Positions 19,941 through 30,817 of a DNA stretch of 64,000 nucleotides are shown here, in pieces. The stretch is taken from contig CAXNJO010000004.1 of the NCBI GenBank assembly GCA_964202905.1, positions 416,001-480,000 of the forward strand. Reading direction: 5' to 3'. The notes under the pieces are model-generated. The model was not told the origin of the DNA and made no database searches. It was given only the letters and a program-made list of their open reading frames with translations. Every line of letters starts with the position of its first letter. Positions within the stretch are counted from its first letter, which is position 1. A program made the position numbers and the translations under genes. This DNA is from Polyangiales bacterium (GTDB taxonomy: Bacteria; Myxococcota_A; Polyangia; Polyangiales; JADJQN01).

Positions 19941-20114
19941 CGGCGCGACGAGCGTGGCAACCCGGTGACCACGAGCGCGGCGACGTTCTCGCGCATCCAC
20001 GCAGGGTCGTCGCGGCGCCCGACTTTGACAGGTCAGCGCGACTGCGTGCCGCATCCTCTTGGGCCCTTGAGTCTGCCGCGTGACGGCGCATCATCCGACG
20101 AGAGGAACCTGTCC

Positions 20115-20603
20115 ATGCCCGCCGCGCCCCGCTCCCCCCACTACCTCCGTGTCGCCCGCGCCCTGGCGCTTGCTCACCGGGCTCGCCGGCTTCGCCGGCG
20201 TGCGGCGGGGATGACGAGCACAACGCCGCCCGTCGATTCGGGCGTGGACTCCGGAGCCCTCGCCGACGCCGGACGCGGGCGACCGATGCGAGCATGGGCG
20301 ACGACGCAGGAGCGGACGCCGACGCCAGAGCCCGGACGGCGATGCGGGCGGGGACGGCGATGCGAGCGGCGAGGCAACGACGCAGGCGCGGACTGGCCGA
20401 TGCGGGCGGCGGGCAACGACGCAGGCGTGTTGGCGGACGCCGGCGTGCCGAGTGCGACGCCGGCGGCGACCGCTGCGCGACGTGCGCCTGCGATTTCATG
20501 GCCCCCGGGGCCGATGGCGGCGCGGCGTCGTGCGAGGCGCTCGGCTTCTTCGAATGCTGCCCGGCCGTCGGGCCGCTCTTCCCGCCCGACTCTGCCCGCC
20601 TGA
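20115..20603 (+). CDS. Small lipoprotein with DAG/DSG acidic linker and Cys-rich, Pro-rich C-terminus (reconstructed across indels)
   Basis: AGAGGA before ATG 20115. Reads MPAAPRSPHYLRVARALAL; adjacent frames give LTGLAGFAG, CGGDDE and DAG repeats, then ECDAGGDRCATCACDF...SCEALGFFECCPAVGPLFPPD. Removing one base gives LPA-stop at 20601-20603. Confidence 0.6.
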   Translation: MPAAPRSPHYLRVARALALAHRARRLRRRAAGMTSTTPPVDSGVDSGALADAGRGRPMRAWATTQERTPTPEPGRRCGRGRRCERRGNDAGADWPMRAAGNDAGVLADAGVPSATPAATAARRAPAISWPPGPMAARRRARRSASSNAARPSGRSSRPTLPA

Positions 20604-20611
20604 CGCGCGCC

Positions 20612-21458
20612 GTGAGCGACGCTCCGCACCACGCTCTCGGGGACGGCGCTCGAGGCCGAGTCGCGGACCGTCGAGCAGGGGCTCGCGCGCACGCGCCCCG
20701 ACCCTTCGCTGCGCTTCGACCCCGCGCCGTGGGATGCCCGCCTCGTCGCGCACGTCGCCGGGCAGTGGCAGGCGCGCATGATCTTCGAGCACCGCTCGAG
20801 CACGGTCTTCTCGCAGCTCGCGGGGCAGCTGTTCGAGGCCGGCGCGACGCTCGACGCGAAGATCGTGATGTTGCGCATGGCGCAGGACGAGTTGCGACAC
20901 GCCGTGACGTGCGCGGAGGTCGTGCGCGCGCTCGGCGGCGACGCGGAGCCGAAGGTCGATCTGCGCGTGGAGCCCCTCGCGACCCACGCCGGCGTCAGCC
21001 CCGAAGAGCGCGCCTTGCGCAACGTGATCTTCACGACCTCGTGCTCCGAGCTCGTCGCGTGCGCGCGCTTCGTCGAAACGCTCGAGCACGTCGAGGACGT
21101 CTACCTTCGGCAGGCCTTCCGCACGCTCCTCGCCGACGAGATCCTCCACGCCCAGTTCGGCTTCCACTACCTCGAGGCGTGGCGTCCGTGGCTCGACGCG
21201 CACCCGGACGCGCGCGCATCGCTCGAGCGCTTCCTCACCGTCGCCTTCGCGGCGCTCGAGCGCGAGCTCGCGCCGCGTCCGCCCTGGCCGCGACTCCCCG
21301 CGCAGCTCGCCGCGCAGTACCGCGCGCTCGGCGGCGACGACCCGGAGCGCGCCCACGCCGTCTTCCACGGAACAATCGAAGGGGCCGTGCTCCCGGGTCT
21401 CACCCGCTTCGGCATCGACGCCGAACGCTGCTGGCGCGAACGTGCGCGCGTCGCCTGA
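20612..21458 (+). CDS. Ferritin-like di-iron-carboxylate protein
   Basis: Ligand pattern E(HRS)...DELRH...(S)E(LV)...DEILH. The reading frame extends upstream of ATG 20778 and joins GTG 20612 if one base near 20626 is removed. Confidence 0.8.
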
Positions 21459-21460
21459 CC

Positions 21461-21508
21461 GCGCCCCGTTTGACTTCGTGACGCAGGGCGTTACGAAACG
21501 CGGGGCGC
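21461..21508. other. Imperfect inverted repeat directly after the ferritin-like stop (terminator or operator)
   Basis: Inner arms TTCGTGACGC / GCGTTACGAA with an AGG loop. Outer arms GCGCCCCG / CGGGGCGC. Confidence 0.45.
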
Positions 21509-21536
21509 CCTCCCCGACGCGCCAGCCGGAGCCCCC

Positions 21537-22148
<612 letters not shown>

Positions 22149-22332
22149 CGGCCCCCTCCGCGGCAACGCGCGCGCAGCCCAACCGCGGGGCGCCCACACG
22201 GCAGCCGTCGGCGGCGTCATCCCCCAGGACGGGCCGCGCCGCCTTCCTCGCCCGACGTCGTCGACGCGGAAGCCTACGCGCCGCGCCCGGGCAGCGCCCA
22301 CGTCACGCTCGGACCGGGACGAGCGGCTGCGC

Positions 22333-23376
22333 TCAGTGGCCGTGCGGGTCGCGCGGCCGCTGCGGTGGGGGCGCGACCGGGCCACCGGGGAGACTGCCGG
22401 GCGGCGGGCTCGCACCGCGCGGCTGTCCCGCGCCCGCCGGCGCGATCGGACGCGTCGGCGCGGCCTGGGCGGCCCCCCCGCGCACGCGACGCACGACGAC
22501 GCGCGTGATGCGGACCGGCGTCCGCGGGCGGTTCTCTTCACCGCCGAGCTGCGGGACGCGGGCGATGCGCCCGATGACGTCGGGCTGCAGACAACGGCCG
22601 AAGACCGTGTACGTGTTCATCGCGTCGAGCTGGGGGGCGGCGCCATCGAGCAGGAAGAACTGCGCGCCGTTCTGGTTGGGCGCGGTGTTCGCCATGCAGA
22701 GGAGCCCCGCGCGGTCGTGCTTGAGGTCGGCGCGGAGCTCGTCTGGGATCGTGTACCCGACCGTGCCCGTGCCATCGCCGAGGTAGTCGCCGCCCTGGAT
22801 CATGTAACCCGGGATGACCCGATGCAAGATGGTGTCGCGGTACATCGGCCGCGTGACCCAGGCCCCCGCGCGCGCGTCCCACCAGGGGCGCATGCCCCGC
22901 GCGAGGCCGATGAAGTTGGCGACCGTGTTCGGGGTCTTGTCGGCGAAGAGGTCGCACTGCATCGTGCCGAGATCCGTGCCGATCTCCGCGACGAGCGTGC
23001 CGTCCGTGCCGAGGCCGGCGACGGACTCCTCCAGCGTGAACGAGCCCGCCTCCGGGTCCGGCGAGGTGGGCGTGCGGACGAGGTTCGCGAGCGCGCGGGC
23101 CCGCGCGGTGTCGCCCGTCTTGCTGGGGGTCGGGCCACCGCGCTTCGTCGGCTCGGCGAGGATGACACGGTAGCCGTCGACGACGATTTCCGTCTCGCCG
23201 CCCGCCTTCTTCACCGCGGCGGCGCCGCCTGCGCCTCCGCCCGGAGAGACGCCCGGCGTGGCCCCGCAGCCGCTCGTGTCGCAGCCCCCCGCGAGCGCAG
23301 CGACAAGCGCCAGCGTGGCGACGTTGCGCCGCGCGCGGCGTAGCGACCGCGTGTCCGAAACTGAATGGCTATTCAC
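22333..23376 (-). CDS. Cyclophilin-type peptidyl-prolyl isomerase, lipoprotein
   Basis: TPNTVANFIGLARG, HRVIPGYMIQGGD, LCMANTAPNQNGAQFF, YTVFG. Lipobox-like LAGG-C. Start approximate. Confidence 0.92.
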   Translation of the reverse strand: MNSHSVSDTRSLRRARRNVATLALVAALAGGCDTSGCGATPGVSPGGGAGGAAAVKKAGGETEIVVDGYRVILAEPTKRGGPTPSKTGDTARARALANLVRTPTSPDPEAGSFTLEESVAGLGTDGTLVAEIGTDLGTMQCDLFADKTPNTVANFIGLARGMRPWWDARAGAWVTRPMYRDTILHRVIPGYMIQGGDYLGDGTGTVGYTIPDELRADLKHDRAGLLCMANTAPNQNGAQFFLLDGAAPQLDAMNTYTVFGRCLQPDVIGRIARVPQLGGEENRPRTPVRITRVVVRRVRGGAAQAAPTRPIAPAGAGQPRGASPPPGSLPGGPVAPPPQRPRDPHGH

Positions 23377-23932
23377 TGCGACTCCCTCCCCGCGGCTCGG
23401 CCTCGCGCGGGACACCGACGAAGCGAACGAACACTCCGGGACCGATGCCGTGACGCCGGGCGGTGCCCGCGTTCAACTCGAGAACGTAATGCGAATCACC
23501 CTCGACCTCGCGCGGGTCATCCGTCTGCGGCTCGGCGTTCTCGACGACGCCGAGTACGCGCATCGCCGACGTGATGAACACCATGTCGAGCGGCAGATAG
23601 GTGTTGTGCATCCAGAAAGACAGATGCTCCTGCGCGTCGAAGAGGAAGAGCATCCCGGCGTTCTCCGCCATCTGACGCCGGAACATCAGGCCGCGCTGGC
23701 GTGTGCGGTCTTCGTTGGCGACCTCGACCTCGAAGGTCACCGGCTCGCGCCCCGGCGGCTCGAGCACGACCTGCCCGCGCGGCAGCGAAGGCGGCGCCGG
23801 GCGGGACGACGCGGGACGCGGTGCGTCGACGTCGGGCTCCGCAGCGGGCACGGTGGAGCCGCCGCCCGAGCACGCGGCGCCGGAGAGCGAGAGCGCGAGG
23901 GTGAGCACGGCGAGGGGCTTCAGCGGGCGCAT
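23369..23932 (-). CDS. DUF192-domain lipoprotein
   Basis: EVA...RQRGLMFR, GMLFLF, FWMHNTYLPLDMVF, YVLELNAG. Lipobox GAA-C. Confidence 0.92.
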   Translation of the reverse strand: MRPLKPLAVLTLALSLSGAACSGGGSTVPAAEPDVDAPRPASSRPAPPSLPRGQVVLEPPGREPVTFEVEVANEDRTRQRGLMFRRQMAENAGMLFLFDAQEHLSFWMHNTYLPLDMVFITSAMRVLGVVENAEPQTDDPREVEGDSHYVLELNAGTARRHGIGPGVFVRFVGVPREAEPRGGSRSE

Positions 23933-23982
23933 CGGAGATCACGCATGAGAGTCGGGCGGCCTATCACAACCCGCGGGGCGGC

Positions 23983-25593
23983 TCAAACCTTCCACCGCTT
24001 CAGAAATCCGCCGAGCAACGCGCCGACCGCGCGGAACTTCGCGCCGATCGCGGCTGCGCTGCGCAACGTCGTGAGCGCGCGCGCCACCGTCGCGAGGGCA
24101 GGCGTGTACGGATGCCACCAGAGCTCGCGCTTCGCGCGCGACGCATCGACGAGGATCGCGCGTGGCCGCGTCAACAGGTCGAGCGCGTGCGCGCTGTTGG
24201 TGACGCCGTAGCCGCTCTCGCCGACACCCGTCCACGGGAGCGACGGGATCGCGCCCGAAAATGAATGGTTGTTCACCATCGCGACGCCCGTTCGGAGCTG
24301 CCGCGCGAGGTGCTCGCCGCGCTCGAGGTCGCGCGTCCACACGCTGCCGGTGAGGCCGAACGGCGAGGCATTGGCCGCCGCGAGTGCGGCCTCGGCGTCG
24401 TCGACGCGCACGAGCGGCAGCACGGGACCGAACGTCTCGGCCGTGAGCACCTCGGCGTCGAGGGGCACGTCGACGAGCACGGTCGGCGGATACCAGAGCC
24501 CCGGACGCGGGTCGCGCGCCCCGCCCGTGAGCGCGCGCGCCCCCGCGGCAACGGCCGCATCAACGTGTCGCTCGACCAGCGCGAGCTGCGCGGGCGTCGT
24601 CATCGGGCCGACGTCGCGCCCGAGCACGAGCGCCTGCGTGAGCGCCACCACGCGCGCCTCGAGCCGCGCCGCGATGCCGGGCGTCACGTAGACGCGCTCG
24701 ATCGCCGCGCAGTTCTGGCCCGCGTTCGCGAAGGCGCCCCACACGAGGCCCGCCGCGGTGCGCTCGAGGTCCGCATCGTCGAGCACGATGGCCGCGTCCT
24801 TGCCGCCGAGCTCCAGCGAGACGGGCACGAGCGCGTCGGCCGCCGCGTGCGCCACCTTGCGCCCCGTCGGCACCGAGCCCGTGAAGACGACGGCATCGAC
24901 CCCCGCCGCGACGAGCGCCGCGCCGACGTCACCGCCGCCCTGCACGAGCGCGACGAGATCATCGCCGTAGACCTCGCGCGCGGCCTCCGCGATCAGCGCA
25001 CCCGAACGCGGCGCGTACTCACTCGGCTTGAGGACGACGCCGTCGCCCGCGAGCAGCGCCGGGAAGATCGTGCGCAGCGGGATCGCGACGGGGAAGTTCC
25101 ACGGCGTGATCAGCGCGACCACACCGCGCGGCGCACGCTCGACGGTGGCGCGCTTGCCCGGGTAGGAGATCGCGTCGAGCTCCGGCTCGTGCGGGGCGAG
25201 CAGCGCGGGGCCCTCTTCGCACCAGAACGCCGCGAGATCGGCCGTCGGCAGCACCTCGACGAGCCGCGCTTCGGCCTCGAGCTTCCCGCACTCGTGTTGC
25301 AAGACCGCGACGGTCTCCTCGCCGCGCCGGAGCAGCGCCTCCGCGAACCGCCGCAGGAGCGCCGCGCGCGTCTCGACGCTGCGCGCCGCGTGCACCCGCT
25401 GCGCCTCGCGGCAGCGCGCGACGGTTGGGCGCACCTCGGCGACAGGCGTGACGGCGACGGGCGTGAGCGGCGAGCCGTCCGCGGGGCTCGTCCCGCGGAT
25501 CTCGCCGTCGGCGATGAGCGGGGCCGCAGCGTCGAGCGAGGCGCGCGAAGCGGCGGTGTCGGCAGCGAGCGACGGGGACGCGTCGATGTGCAT
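23983..25593 (-). CDS. Aldehyde dehydrogenase family protein
   Basis: ITPWNFP, LKPSE, FTGSVPTG, LELGGKD, NAGQNC (catalytic Cys), ETFGP. Confidence 0.95.
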   Translation of the reverse strand: MHIDASPSLAADTAASRASLDAAAPLIADGEIRGTSPADGSPLTPVAVTPVAEVRPTVARCREAQRVHAARSVETRAALLRRFAEALLRRGEETVAVLQHECGKLEAEARLVEVLPTADLAAFWCEEGPALLAPHEPELDAISYPGKRATVERAPRGVVALITPWNFPVAIPLRTIFPALLAGDGVVLKPSEYAPRSGALIAEAAREVYGDDLVALVQGGGDVGAALVAAGVDAVVFTGSVPTGRKVAHAAADALVPVSLELGGKDAAIVLDDADLERTAAGLVWGAFANAGQNCAAIERVYVTPGIAARLEARVVALTQALVLGRDVGPMTTPAQLALVERHVDAAVAAGARALTGGARDPRPGLWYPPTVLVDVPLDAEVLTAETFGPVLPLVRVDDAEAALAAANASPFGLTGSVWTRDLERGEHLARQLRTGVAMVNNHSFSGAIPSLPWTGVGESGYGVTNSAHALDLLTRPRAILVDASRAKRELWWHPYTPALATVARALTTLRSAAAIGAKFRAVGALLGGFLKRWKV

Positions 25594-25669
25594 GGGCCGC
25601 CATTCAGGGCCGTGCGCCCGGGCGCGTCAAGAGGCGGGAGCGACACGCCGCGCATCGCCCCCAGCCCGA

Positions 25670-26375
25670 TCGGATACACGTACACCGCGCCCGCGCTGAC
25701 GCTGCCGTTGTCGGTGTCGTCGACGCCGACCCCGCGCGCGACGGAGCGCTCGCCCAGAGCGCCGACGGCGAGCGTCCGGCCATCGCTGGAGAGCGCGACG
25801 GAGTCACCGAAGGTGTCGCCCTCGTCGGTGTTCGAGGCCTTCACGTAGGCCTCCTCAGACCAGACGCCGGTCGCGCTCCGTCGATAGGAGTAGACGGCAC
25901 CCGCGAGCGGGGCCTCGTCGTTGCGAGGGTCGCCATCGATTCCCGTGGCGGCCGAGCCCTCGTTCGGTGCGCCGACCGCGAGCGTGGCGCCATCGTCCGA
26001 CAGCGCGATGGAGTGCCCGAAGTTGTCGCCCGATGCGGCGTTCGGCGCCTTGATGAACACCGTCTGCGACCAGACCCCCAGCGTGGTCCGCGAGAACAGG
26101 TATGCCGCGCCGGCCCCGTAGGCCGTGCCCGGCGTCTGCGCAGCGCCGAGCCCCGACGTCGACGAGGACTCGCCGGCCTCCGGCGTCGTGTCGCAGTCGT
26201 CGAGCCGCCCCCGGCACTCGTCGACGTCGACACAGGTGATCGCCGGAGCGCTCACGGCGCGGAAGCCCGCCGGGCAGGCGCAGAGATACGAGCCGGCGTT
26301 GTCGCGACAGGTGCCCGGGCCACACGGGTTGGTGGCGGCCGCGCGCTCGTCGACGTCCACGCAGGCGCCCGTCGA
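25670..26375 (-). pseudogene. Remnant of EGF-Ca/FG-GAP surface protein (copy 3)
   Basis: EGF units (CGPGTCRDNAGSYLCACPAGF) joined directly to a partial FG-GAP array (FGHSIALSDDGATLAVGAP; EAYVKASNT). No signal peptide and no cadherin-like domain. Boundaries approximate. Confidence 0.65.
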
Positions 26376-26565
26376 GGAGCATCGGGTCGAGCGGAGCGAC
26401 GGCGCATGAAAGGCCCTCCATGACATGACAAGGACGTTGATATTTCAGCCGCCCACGACGCCCTCGCAGGACCGCGGCGCGGAAGGGCTCTGGAGGACGG
26501 TCCGGCGTGAACGGCCCGGAAACGGCCGGCCGGCTGGCTGTCGGCGATGTCGCGTTCGCGCCGCA

Positions 26566-28493
26566 TCAGAAGAGGCAAACCGCACCCGCCGTGGAGAGCG
26601 AGCGGTCGGTCTCGTCGCCGCCGAGGCCCGTCGCGGCGGAGCGCTCGTAGGAGGCCCCGGCGACGAGCGTCTCCGCGTCTGCGGAGAGCGCGACCGCGCC
26701 GCCGAACCCCGCGCGACCATCGCTGGTGTTGGAGCCCTTCACGTAGGCCTGCTGCGACCAGCCGGCCGCGTCACGCCGGAACACGTACGCCGCGCCGGCG
26801 CCGTTTGCGCTGTTGTTCGTTTGCAGCCCGCCGATCCCGGTGGCGTTGGACGCTTCGCGGTGCGCGCCGACGACGAGCGTCGTGCCGTCGCCGGAGAGCG
26901 CCACGGCGCTGCCGAATCGGTCGTACGCAGCTGTATTCGAAGCCTTCGCAGGCCTGCTGCGTCCACGCGCCACCGCCGTGATGGAACACGTACACGGCGC
27001 CGGCGAGCGTCGCCGCGTTGCTCGCGTCATCGCCGCCGACGCCGATCGCCGCCGAATTTTCGAACGGAGCGCCGACGGCGAGCGTCTCACCGTCCGACGA
27101 CAGGTCGAGCGCCGCGCCGAAGCGGTCGCCGTCCTCGACCTGATTGGCCTGGAATCGGGCCTCGTGCGCCCAGCCCGTGACGCCGCGCCGGAACACGTGG
27201 ACGGCGCCCGCGCCGGACGGCGAGAGGAGTGGATCGGTCGTGGGCGCATCCTCCCCGAACGCACCGACCGCGAGCGTCGAACCATCGGCGGAGAGCGCGA
27301 TCACCTCGCCGAAGCGGTCGTCCGTGCCGGTGGTCGAGGCCTTCACGCAGAGGTTGCTGCGCCGCACCGCTCTCGGCCGTGACGACGACGGACACGACGC
27401 GGGGCGCGAAGCCCGTGATGGCCACGGTCGCGGGCGAGCCCGACGCAACCGCGACACCATCGACTGCGATGGCGGTACGCACGGGCGACGCGACGCGCGG
27501 CGTGAGGGTGACCGGCGCTGCGCCGGGCGGGACGGCGAGCGTGTAGGTCGTCGTCCCCGGCGCGAAGGCCGGGCCGAACGACGTGCCCGCGCTCGCCGTG
27601 AGCGCGCTCAGCGAGGCGTCGTCGGAGCGGCAACCCGCAGGGCCGCGCCCGCTCCCCGTGAAGCCCGTGGGGCACGTCCACGCAAAGGTGCCGACCGCGT
27701 TGCGGCAGGCCGCCGGATCGGCGTCGCAGTCGTCGGTGTCGCGCGCGCACTCGTCGATGCCGACGCAGGTGATCGTGGGCGCGCTCACGAGCCGGAAGCC
27801 GAGCGGACACGCGCAGAGGTAGGAACCGGCGTTGTCCGTGCAGACGCCCGGGCCACACGGATTGGCCTCGACCGCACACTCGTCGACGTTCGCGCAGAGC
27901 CCGCCCTCGGCGCTCGCGGGCACGAACCCGGGCGCGCACGCGCACGCGAAGCTGCCCGGGAGGTTGATGCAGCCGGCGGAGCCCGTCCCGCAGAAACCCG
28001 GCATCGCGCACTCGTCCACGTCCACGCAGCTCCCGTCGAAGCCCGCGTAGCCCGCGCCGCAGGGGACGCACGCTCCGTCGTCGGCATCGGCGAGCCCGTC
28101 GCAGTCGTCGTCGCGACCCGCGTTGCAGACCTCGGTCGCGCCGGGGTTCACGTCGCGGCGCGTGTCGTCGCAGTCTTCGTCGTCGCAGATCTCCGCAGCG
28201 CCGGGGTGACGCGCGGCGTTCGCATCGTCGCAATCCGTGCCGCCGCACGCCGTGCTCGCGAAGCCGTCTCCGTCGTCGTCCGCGCACGCGCTCATGTCGA
28301 CCATGGCCGCGTCGCGCCCCGCATCGTCGACGCCCGCATCGCGCGACGCATCGAGGCTCCCGGCGTCGATGGACGCGGGCGGCGGCACGTCGGCGTCCCC
28401 GCAGGCCGCGAGCGCTGCGAACAGGAGCGCGACGCACGCCGCGCGCCGGAGCGAACGCGAGCTCGATTTCGTGGGGACTTCTCCGTGATGCAT
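26566..28493 (-). pseudogene. EGF-Ca/cadherin-like/FG-GAP lipoprotein, frameshifted and partly deleted (copy 2)
   Basis: Lipobox LAA-C, DAG linker, DDDGDG...DCDD...HPGAAEIC metal-binding motif, 3-4 EGF units, a cadherin-like sandwich (PAFAPGTTTYT), then FG-GAP repeats spread over three frames. Confidence 0.7.
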
Positions 28494-28624
28494 CAAGGAC
28501 CTTGCGGTGTCGTCGGGGCGACGGCTGCATGCGCCGTGGGTGTCGTCCGTGCGTGCGCCCCGCTCGCGAGCGGTTTTGAGACAGCCAGCCGGTTGGCCGT
28601 CTGCGCGATCGGCTGCGTACCGCA

Positions 28625-29881
28625 TCAGAAGAGATGGACCGCGCCGGCGCGGAGCTCCGAATCGTCGGTCTCGTCGCCGCCGACGTCGGTCGCGGACGGC
28701 GAGTCGCCGGGCGCACCGACGGCGAGCGGGCTCCCGTCCGCCGAGAGCGCGAGCGCGTGGCCGAGACCGTCGAGGAACGAGGCGTCGAGCGTCTTCACGT
28801 ACGCCTCCTGGGACCAGCCCATCGCGCCGCGCCGGAAGACGTAGACGGCCCCCGATCGGGAGGCGGCGTTGCTCGCTTCGTCGCCGCCGACGCCCGTGGC
28901 CGACGAGTCCTCGACGTAGGCCCCCACGGCGGGCTGCGATCCGTCCGCCGAGAGCGAGACGGAGACGCCGAAATTGTCGTTGCGCTCCGTGTTGGACGCC
29001 CTCACGAAGGCCTCCTGCGCCCACGCGCCGCCGGTGCGAATCGGAACACGTACGACGGCTCCCGTGCTGAAGGTCTCGAAGTACGCGCCGACCGCGAGCG
29101 CCGAACCATCCGCGGACAGCGCGACGGTGGCCCCGAAGCGGTCCCCCTGACCCGCATTGGACGCCTTCACGTAGGCCTCCTGCGCCCACGACCCCGACGC
29201 ACTCCGGCGGAAGACGTAGACGGCGCCCGCCTCGAGCGCCGCGTCGCTGTTCTGGTTGCCACCCACCCCCGTCGCCTCGGAGGCCTCGCCGATGGCGCCG
29301 ACCGCGAGCACGTTGCCGTCCGCGGAGAGCGCGACGGAGTACCCGAAGGCGTCGCGGAAACCGGTATTCGAGGCCTTCGCGTAGAGGCTCGTGCGACGCG
29401 CAGCGAGCGCGTACGTGCGCGTCGCGCCCGTCTCCGTCGTCACGACGACCGGCACGACGCGCGGTGCGAAACCGTCGAGCGTGACGACGGCCGGTGCACC
29501 GGACGGGACGACGACACCATCGACCGAGATGGTGGCGCGATCGGGATAGGCGACGCGCGGCACGAGCGTGACCGACGCCCTACCCCGCGGCAGCGCGAGG
29601 GTGTAGGCCGTCGTCCCCGCTGCGAACACCGGGCCGAGTGTCGCGTCGAGGCCCGCCTCGAGCCCGCTGAGCGCCGGGTCGTCGAGCCGACAACCGCCGA
29701 CGCCGCGGCCGGGCCCGACGAAGCCCGCGGGGCACGTGCACGCGAAGCCGCCGACCGTGTTGCGGCAGCTCGCGAGCGCGGCGCCGCAGTCGTCCGTGCC
29801 AAGCGCGCACTCGTCGACGTCGGCGCAGCCGGACGCCCCGCGCCCGTCTCCCTCGTAACCTGCAGGGCACGCTCACGTGAA
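28625..29881 (-). pseudogene. 5'-truncated EGF/cadherin-like/FG-GAP gene (copy 1)
   Basis: The frame of ORF 28625-29629 extends upstream through EGF units to FT*ACPAGY, with TGA (29875-29873) at a Cys position. No start or signal peptide is visible. FG-GAP repeats FGYSVALSADG..LAVGA. Confidence 0.7.
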
Positions 29882-29952
29882 AACGACGTAGCGGCGCGAC
29901 GAGCCGCCGCACGGCGAGGGTCACGGAACGGCGCGCGTCCCCCCCGTGGAAT

Positions 29953-30813
29953 TCAGCGCGCAGGCCTACCGCGCCAGCCGGCCTCGACTCGCTCTGCGTG
30001 CCCCTCCCGCGCGAGCTTCACGAGGTGCGCCTCCGCGGAGAGCACGGCGAGCGGCCACACGGACTGCGGTGCGTCGGCGTACGCCTCCGGCACGAGCCCC
30101 TCGACCGTCGACACGGACCGCGCGCGCGCAGGGCCGCAAGCACCTTCGCCTCGCGCGCGAGGCGGTGCGCGACGTAGCCGGTCAGCTTCGCGTGCGCATC
30201 CGCAATCGGGCCGCCGTGCGCGGGCAGCAGCACGCTCGCGCCGAGCGCATCGAGGCGACCGAGCGAGTCGAGGTACTGCGCCATGTCGCCGTCCGTCGTC
30301 TCGACGAGGATCGTGCCCTCGCTCGCGACCATGTCGCCGGCGAGCAGCGCGCGCGAGTCTTCGTCGAGAAAGCACAGATGCCCGGGCGCGTGGCCGGGCG
30401 TGTGCACGGCGCGCAGGCGCAGCGGCGGATCGCCGTCGAGCACGAGCAGGTCGCCATCGTCGAGGTGCCGCGCGAACGACACGCGCCCCGCGAGCCGCTC
30501 GGCCGTCGCCGCGTGCGCCCAGAGCGGCGCGCCGAGCCGCTCGGCGAGCGCCGTCGCGCCGCCGATGTGATCGGGGTGGTGGTGCGTGGCGAGGATCGCA
30601 CGCAGACGCTCGCCGCGTGCGAGCCGCGCCTCGACCCACGCGACCGCGCGCGCGAGCTCGTCCTCGTAGGGGGAAGCCGGCTCGACGAGCACGAACTCCC
30701 CGCGACCGACGAGATACGCCTGCGTGTGCGTCGCTGGCGGCAGCGTCGGCGTGCGCAGCGGCAGCGCCTCGATGCCCGGCGCGACGACCACGCGCTGCGT
30801 ACGCGTCGGTCAC
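29953..30813 (-). CDS. Metallo-beta-lactamase-fold hydrolase with C-terminal winged helix (LACTB2-like), two indels
   Basis: THHHPDHIGG, HTPGHAPGH, AGDMV, LLPAHG. The C-terminal VPEAYADAP...AEAHLVKL segment lies in another frame. Confidence 0.88.
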   Translation of the reverse strand: MTDAYAARGRRAGHRGAAAAHADAAASDAHAGVSRRSRGVRARRAGFPLRGRARARGRVGRGAARTRRASACDPRHAPPPRSHRRRDGARRAARRAALGARGDGRAARGARVVRAAPRRWRPARARRRSAAAPARRAHARPRARASVLSRRRLARAARRRHGRERGHDPRRDDGRRHGAVPRLARSPRCARRERAAARARRPDCGCAREADRLRRAPPRARGEGACGPARARSVSTVEGLVPEAYADAPQSVWPLAVLSAEAHLVKLAREGHAERVEAGWRGRPAR

Positions 30814-30817
30814 GGCG

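Noticed and set aside
20025..20060. TTGACA upstream of the small lipoprotein gene as a sigma70 promoter
   Set aside because: No acceptable -10 hexamer at 16-19 nt spacing.
29873..29875. In-frame TGA at a Cys position as possible selenocysteine or read-through
   Set aside because: The gene is truncated a few codons upstream with no start or signal peptide. A nonsense mutation or base error is simpler.
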